Shown here in pieces: positions 9,746 through 18,675 of a stretch of 64,000 nucleotides of DNA. Position 1 is the stretch's first letter. Each line of letters starts with the position of its first letter. The DNA comes from an uncultured bacterium (lineage in GTDB: Bacteria; UBA8481). The position numbers were made by a program, and so were the translations under genes. The stretch spans positions 1-64,000 of the forward strand of contig CAZCME010000005.1 of assembly GCA_964499705.1 (NCBI GenBank), in the 5' to 3' direction. Below the pieces are notes generated by a model. It worked only from the letters and a program-made list of their open reading frames with translations. It searched no databases and was not told the origin of the DNA.

Positions 9746-10861
9746 TCAGCGGTAGCCTAGCAGCCGAAATCGAATGTTCGCCCCGGCAGATTCCAGACTA
9801 TGGGTTCTCCAATCCAGCAACCTTTCAGGACCGATTGGAACCCATACATAGGCGCACTCGGCGTTTCCAGCGCTCGCGCTCGAGAAATTGCCCATGATAA
9901 AGCGCTCAGAAGGGCCACCTCCCTCGCCGACATTCGCCAAATTGCCGGTGCTCGCCTCGCCAAAGCGCTTCACAAATATCGCGAATTGATCGTTTGGGAA
10001 TTGGCTGACGTTAAGGTTTGTCCACATAATCATGCTTATGTACACCGCTGTAGCACCTGCAGGAACGGAATTTGTAAGATCAATCAATGTGGGGGCGACA
10101 TCCCCCGCCGGCATATTATCGCGAGAAAGGATCAGAACATTCCTGTCGAAAACCGGTGTCCCGCCCGCAACGATGTTCAGCGCGAAGACGGCCGTCTCTG
10201 CCAATCGAGCCGTATCGGCACCCTGCGCATATCGCGCCCGGTCCGCAAATGCGGCCGTCGTTGCAGTGTCCGCCAGCCAGGATCTTAAAGCCGTATCTGC
10301 CCGCGCAGCCCGCCATGCGAAGTCAGCCGTGTCCGCTACTCCTGAGCGTAACGCGGTATCCGCAACGCGGGCTGAATCCGAGCCCAATGAGTATGTGGCC
10401 AGATCCGCCCGCGAGGAATAAGTGGATGTGTCCGACCTGAGCGACCGGTTCGCAACAACCGCCGTAAACGCGGTCGCCGCCGTCTCGGAACTGAACGCGT
10501 ACGGCACGCTCACGAATCGCGCGCGCGGAGCAAGAATAGCCGCGCCGGATTCCACCTGGAGATATCGCGAGTTCGACGCGAAGAGATTCGCTGGAAATGA
10601 CGTCATGCTCCCCAGGAGCACGTTGAAGATTCCTTGAGTGCAAGTCACCGTCTGCGCTTCGTTCCAGAGCTCGGCGCCGCCGGAGGCTGCATCGAAGATG
10701 CGGAACGTCATCGGTATCGTCGCGTTGAGCGGCGCGCAACTCGTGTCGGACAAACGTCCCTGGTAATTGATCAATTGCGGAACCTGGGCAACAGCGGGTG
10801 GTGCGGCGATTGCCAGACACGTCGCCATAATGGTTGTCAGGATCGGTATTCGTCGCTTCAT
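9746..10861 (-). CDS. Secreted fibre/adhesin-like protein with PQLINYQG N-terminal domain and Ala-rich ADTA stalk
   Basis: GGAGGAG RBS; signal peptide; VPQLINYQGRL...LWNE...LAPR...SVPYA domain; ADTA repeats at 10181-10435; C-terminal beta-rich tip. Confidence 0.7.
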   Translation of the reverse strand: MKRRIPILTTIMATCLAIAAPPAVAQVPQLINYQGRLSDTSCAPLNATIPMTFRIFDAASGGAELWNEAQTVTCTQGIFNVLLGSMTSFPANLFASNSRYLQVESGAAILAPRARFVSVPYAFSSETAATAFTAVVANRSLRSDTSTYSSRADLATYSLGSDSARVADTALRSGVADTADFAWRAARADTALRSWLADTATTAAFADRARYAQGADTARLAETAVFALNIVAGGTPVFDRNVLILSRDNMPAGDVAPTLIDLTNSVPAGATAVYISMIMWTNLNVSQFPNDQFAIFVKRFGEASTGNLANVGEGGGPSERFIMGNFSSASAGNAECAYVWVPIGPERLLDWRTHSLESAGANIRFRLLGYR

Positions 10862-10883
10862 GGTTATTCTCTCCTCCATCCTC

Positions 10884-13511
10884 TTATTCTGATATCACTT
10901 CGAACAGGTGTTCACCAACTGCCTGACCCCGGAATTGGATCTTCAGCGTATACCGTCCCACGGGCAGTCCCTTGGGATAGATCTTCTCGATCAAGGGATA
11001 CGCAACCTCGAAGGATTCTTCTGCGCCGATTGTGATCTTCGGCGGATTCGGCGCCGGCCTCGCGCGCGAAGGCTTCACTTCACTCCCGCTCTCGTCGAAG
11101 ATCCGGATGATTGTCTGTCCTCCGTCTGGAGTCGGATTCGGATTGTTCGGCCGGATGATGTCGGGCGGATTCGTGTAAGTCATCCGAAGGACGATCTCTT
11201 CGCCGATAGCAAACTGATTCCACTCCAGCTCCGAAGTGATCCGGAGCGTTCCATGCTCGGCTTCGACGGATTGCACGGACCGCTCGCCGCGCGGCTCGCC
11301 GTTGGAGGCCTGACGGAAGACGAGGATCGTCTCCGCCACGTTGCCGACGACGTCGGTCGCTCGCACGGTCAGGACGTGCGTCTCCGCCTTTGGGTTCTCG
11401 CCGCGCGCGCGGTCCAGAATCTCGCCGATCGCGAATGTTTCCGACCAAGGCTGGATCGCGCCCGCGTCGATCTTCCACTCCAGTGACACGACGCCGGCGA
11501 TGTTGTCCGTAGCGGAGAGCGTCACGACGGCCTTCGGCCTCAGAACAATCTCGTCATACTTCTCGTGACGCGGACCGGCCCCGTCGATCAGGATCTCGAT
11601 CAACGGGCGATCGATGTCGATCGTGAAGCCGCCCATCGATGCCTCAGCGCGGTTCCCGGCGATATCGGAGACCGCAAGCGACGCGATATACCTGCCGGAC
11701 GGCGGGATGCGCCCGCCGTCGAACTCGCCGCTCCAGGAGAAGGCGTTCTCGCCGAAGAAGATCGAGCCGCGCCCGAGAAGAGAACCCGCAAAAGTTCCCG
11801 TTTCGTTGAAGATCTCGATCACCGCCGACGGAAAAGTCCGGACCAGATTGTCCCGGACGTCGAACCGCACGATAACCTGATCGAATCGGCCATCTCCATT
11901 GGGCGAGAAGAGTCTCGGAGAAATTTCAGCGCTCCGGATGTCCGGGGGAATAACATCCACGTATGCGGGAACAAGAAGCGCGTAGCGCGAGAACGATCCG
12001 AGCGCCGTGAAGAGCATTCCCGTTCTCGGATCGACGAGCGAGGGCTGAGGCTGGTACGTTCCGGACGTGTCGAGCCGGTAGATCCCGAGCTTCTCCGGCA
12101 TCTGATTGCCGGTCACCCGGAAGCTTACGACGGCCGGTGTGGCGAGCGTGATTCCGGAGGGCTCGATTTCGTACACGTCGCCCGCGAGGAAACCTCCGTT
12201 CGACCTCAGCCCGATCGCGCCCGCGGACGGCTGGGATGCCTTGACGACCGAGATGCCAGTCGTCTCGGAGAGAACGGTGACGACCGACGGCGCGCCGGTA
12301 TCGGCGCTGCGGTTCACATCGTTCCGGAGAACAACGGTAACGGCTGCAAGTGTATTTGTCATCCCATTCGCCAGCGGAGGCTGCGTCCGAACCGATCGGA
12401 TCTGGAAGAGATAAGGCTCATCCTTCGACAGGGCCGCGACGTCATACATGTGTGTGTTCGTCATGCCCGCGCCGGTTCCGGAATCGGAGACGAACGTGAG
12501 CGAATCGCGCAGGGCGCCGAAGCGGTCGAAGACCTGAAGCGTTGTCGAGTACGTCTTCTGGGCGGGAGGGACCGTGTTCTGGATGACGTAGCTCAAGGTG
12601 ACGGTCGAGGCTGGAAACGTGACGGACTCGGAGAGGACGAAGTCCCGGAGGATCGGATACGGCGTTCCCGCTCCGGGGCCGTCGACGAAGACGAGCGTCG
12701 ACGCCGCATCCATTACTCCAGCGCAGAGATCGACGGCGGAGATCATGATTCCGACGGTCTCATTGCTATGCGTGTCGCCGTCCCACTCGAAGAGATGGAC
12801 GCCGGAAGAGAAGGGCAACGGCCCGAGAAGCGTCGCGCCCGTCGCGGTGTCCGTGATCGTGACAAAGGCGGCGCGGGTGAGCTCGAAGGCGATGCGCGTC
12901 GTCTCCGCTCCGGTCAGGATCCGTCCGGGCGAGGCCGGGTTGACCCGGACGTCGAAAGGATCGACCTGGAGAAAGAGGACGCGGGACTCGGCCTGCGTCG
13001 CCGTCTGACCGGACAAGAGCCGCGTTCCGGTCACGGTGATCGTGCAGTATCCGGTCTGCGCCGCAGCGGCGATGGGGCCGACGGTGTAATAGTAGTTGTT
13101 GCCCGAGGAAGCCGGAGCGTCGAACGCGAAGGGAACGGCTGCGCCGGCGGCGTCGAGAATCGCGACCGCGGGATTGGCGGCCAGCGGATCGGACGCTACG
13201 ATCGTGAGGCGAGAGGTCTCGCAAGCTGCGACGACGAGCGGCGCCGCGTAGACGGTGAAGAAGAGCGGCATCGTATCGCAGCAACAATCATTGCCGGGAT
13301 ACGCCGCGACAGCGCCGGCGCGCATCGCATTTCCATGATCGCCGATCGACTGGCCCTGGCCTGCGGACGAGACGAGAAGCTGTCCGCCGGAAGCGCTCTG
13401 GATGGCCCCGAGAGAAGAGACGTGCTGCTCTCCGAGGACGGGGAAAGCGTGCGCAGCGACGGTAGTCAGAAGCGCAAGAACAACAGCACGGCATAAGAGC
13501 CTTAAGGACAT
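10884..13511 (-). CDS. Large secreted multi-Ig-like protein with FlgD-Ig-like domains
   Basis: Signal peptide; HLFEWDG, FSPNGDG, FSWSGE..GRY motifs; ZU5-like YEIEPSG...FSRYAL segment. Confidence 0.7.
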   Translation of the reverse strand: MSLRLLCRAVVLALLTTVAAHAFPVLGEQHVSSLGAIQSASGGQLLVSSAGQGQSIGDHGNAMRAGAVAAYPGNDCCCDTMPLFFTVYAAPLVVAACETSRLTIVASDPLAANPAVAILDAAGAAVPFAFDAPASSGNNYYYTVGPIAAAAQTGYCTITVTGTRLLSGQTATQAESRVLFLQVDPFDVRVNPASPGRILTGAETTRIAFELTRAAFVTITDTATGATLLGPLPFSSGVHLFEWDGDTHSNETVGIMISAVDLCAGVMDAASTLVFVDGPGAGTPYPILRDFVLSESVTFPASTVTLSYVIQNTVPPAQKTYSTTLQVFDRFGALRDSLTFVSDSGTGAGMTNTHMYDVAALSKDEPYLFQIRSVRTQPPLANGMTNTLAAVTVVLRNDVNRSADTGAPSVVTVLSETTGISVVKASQPSAGAIGLRSNGGFLAGDVYEIEPSGITLATPAVVSFRVTGNQMPEKLGIYRLDTSGTYQPQPSLVDPRTGMLFTALGSFSRYALLVPAYVDVIPPDIRSAEISPRLFSPNGDGRFDQVIVRFDVRDNLVRTFPSAVIEIFNETGTFAGSLLGRGSIFFGENAFSWSGEFDGGRIPPSGRYIASLAVSDIAGNRAEASMGGFTIDIDRPLIEILIDGAGPRHEKYDEIVLRPKAVVTLSATDNIAGVVSLEWKIDAGAIQPWSETFAIGEILDRARGENPKAETHVLTVRATDVVGNVAETILVFRQASNGEPRGERSVQSVEAEHGTLRITSELEWNQFAIGEEIVLRMTYTNPPDIIRPNNPNPTPDGGQTIIRIFDESGSEVKPSRARPAPNPPKITIGAEESFEVAYPLIEKIYPKGLPVGRYTLKIQFRGQAVGEHLFEVISE

Positions 13512-13518
13512 TGTCAGA

Positions 13519-13549
13519 ACGATACCCCCCCCCGCCTGTGTCAAGTCAA
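13519..13549 (-). promoter_or_regulatory. Sigma70-type promoter with a G9 tract in the spacer
   Basis: Minus strand: TTGACTTGACAcaggcGGGGGGGGG-TATCGT-7 nt-ATG(13511). Confidence 0.55.
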
Positions 13550-13558
13550 GACATATTT
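13530..13558. repeat. ~29-nt direct repeat, copy A
   Basis: ccccgcctgtgtcaagtcaagacatattt matches 14647-14674 at 25/29 positions. Confidence 0.65.
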
Positions 13559-13740
13559 AGAATATCCAATTGGTCGTGGTTTGTGAAAAGCACTGATTCA
13601 AGCTTCCCCCCATGAAATCGCCGAATATCGCTAAATCAACTCTTTTTGGATAGGGGATCACGATCATGACGGTTCAAGATGGAGTATAGGCTATTTACAG
13701 GTGCCGCGCCATGATTCTGCTTTCGAAACCAGGCGTACCC

Positions 13741-13915
13741 CAATGGCATCCTGATTATTTTATCAGGTGTTCTCTTGAAAAATAATTGTTCCATCCGGAT
13801 ACAGAGCGAAAATCCCCGCCTGCGGCGCTGCCGGTTTCAGATGCGCAAAGATCGCGCGCTATGATGTGTAGCTCGAGACGAGTATCCATTTCGCCTGAGG
13901 CAGAACGTCATCCGG
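13741..13915 (-). pseudogene. Dispersed repeat copy 2: degraded 3' fragment paralogous to the end of the glycosyltransferase at 15942-17600
   Basis: Translates PDDVLPQAKWILVSSYTS*RAIFAHLKPAAPQAGIFALYPDGT versus PDEVLAGATWILVSSYTSQRAIFAHLKQAAPQAGIFTLYPDGT; contains an in-frame TAG. Confidence 0.85.
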
Positions 13916-14007
13916 CGTCAGGGGTCGGGCTTGGATTGTATTGGACCAAGATTGGCCAATTGCAATGGTTTTTCCCCCAAGCTCCTTCTCAAAGTCTCGA
14001 AACGATC

Positions 14008-14045
14008 TTGACTTTCAAATCGAGCCGAGTCATACTTTGAGTATG
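14008..14045 (+). promoter_or_regulatory. Toxin-antitoxin promoter with overlapping palindromic operator
   Basis: TTGACT-17 nt-CATACT-6 nt-ATG; CATACT-ttg-AGTATG inverted repeat spans the -10 and the start codon. Confidence 0.75.
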
Positions 14046-14279
14046 AAAGTTGCCGTCTCCATTCCCGAGGATCTCTTCGAAGAGGCTGATCACCTCGCCT
14101 CGAAGTCGAAGATCTCACGGAGCAAACTCTACAGCAACGCCCTGCGAGAGTACCTCCTTCGGCGCTCGCCAAACGAGATTACGGAGTCTTGGAATCGCGT
14201 TGTCGATGAAGTTGGCGATGAAGAATACGAATTCGCAAAAGCGGCCTCCTATCACACACTGCGTCGCGTAGAGTGGTGA
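14043..14279 (+). CDS. Ribbon-helix-helix antitoxin (ChpI-like)
   Basis: MKVAVSIPEDLF..AD..A....SRSKLY..AL; C-terminal LRRVEW overlaps the toxin start. Confidence 0.85.
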   Translation: MKVAVSIPEDLFEEADHLASKSKISRSKLYSNALREYLLRRSPNEITESWNRVVDEVGDEEYEFAKAASYHTLRRVEW

Positions 14280-14620
14280 TCTCCCAAGGAGAAGTCTGGT
14301 GGGCCGCTCTGTCCGATCCGTCGGGATCGGGCCCTGGTTTTCGACGCCCGATCGTCGTCCTGCAGAGCGATGAAATAACGCGCGGCAGGATTCGAACGGT
14401 CATATGCGCGCCTCTGACATCGAATCTCGGATGGGAGCGCGCTCCCGGAAATGTTCGTCTCAATACGGAAGATACGGGGCTGCCCGCAGACTCCATCGCT
14501 AATGTCTCGCTCATTCTCTCAGCGGATAAGCATTCGCTGGTCAAACGAGTTAGTAAAATCTCGCGCCGCAAATTGGAACTTATGTACGATGGGCTCGATC
14601 TGATCCTAGGAAGGAAGTGA
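14273..14620 (+). CDS. mazF: PemK/MazF-family endoribonuclease toxin (ChpK-like)
   Basis: QGEVWWA.L.DP.GS.PGFRRPIVVLQ, PLTSN, GLPADSIANV. Confidence 0.93.
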   Translation: MVISQGEVWWAALSDPSGSGPGFRRPIVVLQSDEITRGRIRTVICAPLTSNLGWERAPGNVRLNTEDTGLPADSIANVSLILSADKHSLVKRVSKISRRKLELMYDGLDLILGRK

Positions 14621-14646
14621 CAGGAGTTGCTCGCACCGCCCGCGCT

Positions 14647-14674
14647 CCCCGCCGTGTCAAGTCATGATTTATTT
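14647..14674. repeat. ~28-nt direct repeat, copy B
   Basis: ccccgccgtgtcaagtcatgatttattt; partner at 13530-13558. Confidence 0.65.
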
Positions 14675-14779
14675 GATCTGAGATTACTCAAAGTATTTCC
14701 CGGCGGGGATTGAATGATATCGTGCTTTTTTTTCCTGCCGCGAAGTAGAGTCAGCGAATAATCCTCGCGGAGGAAAGAC

Positions 14780-15799
14780 ATGCGCTCACAAAACATTCGG
14801 ATCAGGTCATGCTTCGCCTTTCTCGCGGTTCTGGCGTTATGGGCATTGGGAGAGCCGTCGCGCGCGGATGATTCCCACGCTCGTCTCGAAGTGTCTTTTC
14901 GCAATGGATGGTTGAACGCGGACGCCGAGAACGTTCCTCTATCCACGTTCGTCCGAGCCATAGCCGCGGCATGCGAATATCAGATTCGTTTCCAGGATCC
15001 TCTCAACGAGCCCATCACTCTGTTCATGCGCGTCAGAGATTGCGCCGATGCACTGAATGCACTGAGTATCGTGTCGCAGTTGGGTTACTTCATCAAGGAT
15101 TCCACCATCGTCGTCGGCTGTTGGAACAGACCAGGCGAAGTCGCTCGGCGATTCAACAGGACCGAGCGGATTCAACTCAAGTGGATCTCGCCGGATTCCC
15201 TCCGAGAGAAGTCGCCCGACGTCTCCCTATGGATGCTCAAGCATATTCGCGCGGATGGAAACGCGATCACGATCGAGGCGCCACTCTTTCTCTTCGATCG
15301 AATCAAGGAGTTTATCGAATTGGTAGATCGGCCGCCGGTCGTTGTTCGATTCGAAATGACGCTCGTCCAGCTTCGCCAGGGAGATTCCGCATCCGATATC
15401 TACTCGAACGACTGTGACTCCATTGTTTTAGGTCAGTCGAGCTTCGATGTCGTGATGGCCCAAGAGGCCATGATACCCATCGCCTGCAAACCTATCATGC
15501 ACGGTCAAGAATACAATATGCGCCCCTTGTCCGGGAATACCCATTCGCATCATGCCACCGCGCGACTAACAGTGACTCCCCTTGCCGCGCCAGCCGAGGG
15601 ACCTGTCCTGTTCCGTTACGAGATAGAAATGGAGCAAGACGTGGAGCCGGAACTTTCCGGCGCGTTGTCCTCCACCAAGAACTTTAACTCAAGGAGCGAG
15701 TCGTATCTGGAGACATCAAGCAGTCATCGCTTTGCCATGTGGGGTGACTCGGACTTCTGTTTTGCATTGTACATAACAGCTCGGGTTTTAACGCGATAG
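14780..15799 (+). CDS. Compact/divergent secretin-like protein
   Basis: GGAGG RBS; signal peptide; N0/STN-like AENVPL..FVRAIA; N-domain IQLKWISP...IELVDRP; LTVTP and terminal LYITARVL strands. Confidence 0.55.
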   Translation: MRSQNIRIRSCFAFLAVLALWALGEPSRADDSHARLEVSFRNGWLNADAENVPLSTFVRAIAAACEYQIRFQDPLNEPITLFMRVRDCADALNALSIVSQLGYFIKDSTIVVGCWNRPGEVARRFNRTERIQLKWISPDSLREKSPDVSLWMLKHIRADGNAITIEAPLFLFDRIKEFIELVDRPPVVVRFEMTLVQLRQGDSASDIYSNDCDSIVLGQSSFDVVMAQEAMIPIACKPIMHGQEYNMRPLSGNTHSHHATARLTVTPLAAPAEGPVLFRYEIEMEQDVEPELSGALSSTKNFNSRSESYLETSSSHRFAMWGDSDFCFALYITARVLTR

Positions 15800-15941
15800 A
15801 CAGTCCAATCGAACATGAAAATAGTTCTCATCTGCATGCAGGTTAAACGTCTGGCGATGAGCATTTCCAATCTATCCGTCGTTGACCGACCGCATATTTC
15901 ATGACAAGACGAGCGCTGTTCGAGAAGCGTTATGATAAATC

Positions 15942-17600
15942 CTAAACGGTTCCATCCGGATACAAGGTAAAAATCCCCGCCTGCGGAGCAGCCTGTTTCA
16001 GATGCGCAAAGATCGCGCGCTGCGATGTGTAGCTCGAGACGAGTATCCACGTTGCGCCGGCCAGAACCTCGTCCGGGTTGCGGATATCAAGATCCCACTT
16101 TCTTCTGCCCCAGTATTTCGGATTCGCGTCGGCGACGCAGGTGAGATTCAACGAGGAGAGTTGCGTATGAAGCATAAGCCAGGAGGTGTGCCGGCCGGCG
16201 CCGTACACAACGATCGGTTCGCCGCCCGTCTGCCGGCGGATCTCGTTCAGCCGCGCACGAACATTAGCCCGCATCGTCTCTCGCCGCGCTCTCAAGCCGC
16301 GACGCATCGTCATGAGGAACCTTCCGCGCGAACCGCCAGTGCATTGCGGCAAGATTCGCGACCGCTCGAATCGGCTCGATTCCAGATACCCTTCTGTAAA
16401 TCTCTCGGCGTGCCTGGCATACTCGAAGTGCTCCGCCGCGTCATAGGCCGCCGAGTTGAATCGATCCTGATCGCGATCGATTTCCTCAATAGCCAGAACC
16501 ACCGCATCCGGGGTCGCGACATCCAGCAGGATGCCGCTTTCAAATTCGCGGACCGGGCTCATGCACGGAATGTCGCTCCCCACGACGGGAACACCGGCTG
16601 AAAAGTAATTGAAGATCTTCGTCGTCGTGTAGAGTTCCATCAACGTGTCGTCCATCGGCGGTCGCTCGTACTCCGTGCATTCCATCTCTCTGCGCTTCCT
16701 GAGGCTTTCAAAATCATAGAAGGCCAGTCCGGTCGAAAATCGCGAGAGATATTCGTGCGTTTCCTCCTGGGGAATGTAGCGATTCTCCAGGATGAGCTTG
16801 CCTGACTCGATCACATCGGATGCGTTCTGGAGCATCCATTCCCGCTGCGGACCGACGACCATGCCTGTCAGCGTCAGCGTGTATCCTTCCGGCAGGCGGC
16901 GGGCGATCTCCGGCAGGAGGCTCATGCCGTGCGTTCCGGTGACATTGCCGAAGTAGATGATCCTGCGTCTGTTTGCTTTCGCGCGGCGGCCGCGAAAAAA
17001 ATCGGAATTGGGTATGATGAATCGCTCGATATCCCGATCGCCGAAGAAATAGCGGTATCGTTCCTGTGTCTGCGTAATGACGCATTGAATCGCATCCTGG
17101 CGGGAAAGATGGAAGTATTCGTCGCGGCAGAGTTCCAGCGAAAAATAGATGACGCGATCGAAAACCTGGGTGGTCAGCAAAAGTCCGAGCGAGTCCACGG
17201 CGATCACGCAATCGGGCCGGCGTCGTTCCAGTTCCGCCAGCATCCTCAACATCTTCGCCACTTCGTAGGGTGGATAGCGGGAGTGTGGGAGCTTCAGGAA
17301 GTTGAAATAATCTGTCAAGAGCGCGGCGCGCGCGTGGAAGGGTTTCCATTCCCCGTCTTCGATCGTCAGCGTCTCGTGCGGCGGACTCGGAAGCTCTTCA
17401 GTTCGGAATTCCCTGTTCGCGGTCGAGAGAACCGTGACCTTGTGGCGGCGCCGCAGGACTTCGACAAGATTCAGGACAGGCGTGGAGTAGGTGACCCACT
17501 CGAAGGGAAAAAGAACAAGAATGTCGAGCGAAACTCCGGCCACGCTGGAATTCTGCATAAACTTGTCCGGCTTTGTCCAGCTTTTTACCTTGAGTCGCAT
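15942..17600 (-). CDS. GT4-like glycosyltransferase with C-terminal Rossmann-like domain
   Basis: IYFGNV, TKIFNYFSAGVPVVGSD; C-terminal VYGAGRHT..VADAN. Confidence 0.8.
   Translation of the reverse strand: MRLKVKSWTKPDKFMQNSSVAGVSLDILVLFPFEWVTYSTPVLNLVEVLRRRHKVTVLSTANREFRTEELPSPPHETLTIEDGEWKPFHARAALLTDYFNFLKLPHSRYPPYEVAKMLRMLAELERRRPDCVIAVDSLGLLLTTQVFDRVIYFSLELCRDEYFHLSRQDAIQCVITQTQERYRYFFGDRDIERFIIPNSDFFRGRRAKANRRRIIYFGNVTGTHGMSLLPEIARRLPEGYTLTLTGMVVGPQREWMLQNASDVIESGKLILENRYIPQEETHEYLSRFSTGLAFYDFESLRKRREMECTEYERPPMDDTLMELYTTTKIFNYFSAGVPVVGSDIPCMSPVREFESGILLDVATPDAVVLAIEEIDRDQDRFNSAAYDAAEHFEYARHAERFTEGYLESSRFERSRILPQCTGGSRGRFLMTMRRGLRARRETMRANVRARLNEIRRQTGGEPIVVYGAGRHTSWLMLHTQLSSLNLTCVADANPKYWGRRKWDLDIRNPDEVLAGATWILVSSYTSQRAIFAHLKQAAPQAGIFTLYPDGTV
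15944..16076. repeat. Dispersed direct repeat, copy 3 (coding 3' end of the GT gene)
   Basis: 15949-16076 aligns without gaps to 13788-13915. Confidence 0.85.
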
Positions 17601-17628
17601 CCTGCGGGCACCGATAATTCCATCAGAG

Positions 17629-18675
17629 ATGTCGACAGAGCCAAACGACCGACAGGATGTCAGCAGTGCCGTGCGCGCCAGGGAAGCCGGTAGGATTCAC
17701 GTGCTCTTCGTCATGGAAAAATGGTGCGACGGACGGCCGGAGCACGGGCTTTCGAACGCCGCGCACAATTTCTTTGGGTCGCTGGACACGACGGGACTGG
17801 CACGCCAATCCCACTTCTCTTTCGACGAATATCAACTACTCTTCGGACGCACGGGCGACGAAGCGCTGATCGCATTTTGCGGGTCCGCGGCGCCGGATAT
17901 CCTGATCCTGACACTCTGCCGTCTAAATCCCTGCCCGGAGACACTCCATGTCATCCGCCATGAACTGGGCATTCCGATCGTCGTGTTGTGGCACGATTCC
18001 GTCGATCGGAACAACCGCGGAATTGCCGAGCAAATGATGGCCTTTACGGACCTTCATGTTCCACTGGATTCGACGACGGCATGTTTTTCGAATTCGCGGC
18101 ATGGCGAAAAATATCTCCCCCTCTGGACTCCTCAGGATCCCCGTATTTTTCGCGATCGAAATCTCTCACGGGATATCGATCTCTGTTTCGTGGGAAGCAT
18201 CGACCATTACCGCGAGCGCCGAAGCGCCTTGCAGGCGTTGAAGGAAGCGGGTTTCCCCGTGGAGCAATCCGGCGGGCAGCGGGAAAAATCGCTGACGATC
18301 GCGGAGTATGCGCGATACTTCATGCGCTCCCGCATCGCGCTGAATTTCGGCGTTTCGTTCTGCGGACCTCATCGCGGAGACGGGCCGTATTACCAGGCGA
18401 AGGGCCGCGTCTTCGAAGCGCTCTCCTGCGGCACCATGCTCCTGGAAGGCGGCGATTCGGAGACGCGAAAGTGGCTGGAGCCCATGAAGGATTACGCGTC
18501 CTTCTCCGACGAGAAGGATTTGGTGGAGAAGGCCCGATATTATCTCGTGCATGAAGAAGAGCGGGAGATGATCGCGCGCAGCGGATGGCGGAAGGCGACG
18601 GAGCTGTATTCCGCGACGAAATTCTGGACGAGGCTTTTCTCGCGCGCCTTTTCGCGGAAATTCCCTTCTTCGTGA
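17629..18675 (+). CDS. Glycosyltransferase, CgeB/Glyco_trans_1_2-like
   Basis: DIDLCFVGS, SRIALNF, KGRVFEALSCGTMLL, EEREMIARSG. Confidence 0.8.
   Translation: MSTEPNDRQDVSSAVRAREAGRIHVLFVMEKWCDGRPEHGLSNAAHNFFGSLDTTGLARQSHFSFDEYQLLFGRTGDEALIAFCGSAAPDILILTLCRLNPCPETLHVIRHELGIPIVVLWHDSVDRNNRGIAEQMMAFTDLHVPLDSTTACFSNSRHGEKYLPLWTPQDPRIFRDRNLSRDIDLCFVGSIDHYRERRSALQALKEAGFPVEQSGGQREKSLTIAEYARYFMRSRIALNFGVSFCGPHRGDGPYYQAKGRVFEALSCGTMLLEGGDSETRKWLEPMKDYASFSDEKDLVEKARYYLVHEEEREMIARSGWRKATELYSATKFWTRLFSRAFSRKFPSS

Noticed and set aside
11565..13496. 643-aa plus-strand ORF
   Set aside because: Antisense shadow of the Ig-like gene; Arg/Gly-rich with no motifs, typical of high-GC DNA.
13788..16076. Template/variable repeat pair of a diversity-generating retroelement
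   Set aside because: Mismatches are not adenine-specific on either strand, several are synonymous, and no reverse transcriptase is present in the window.
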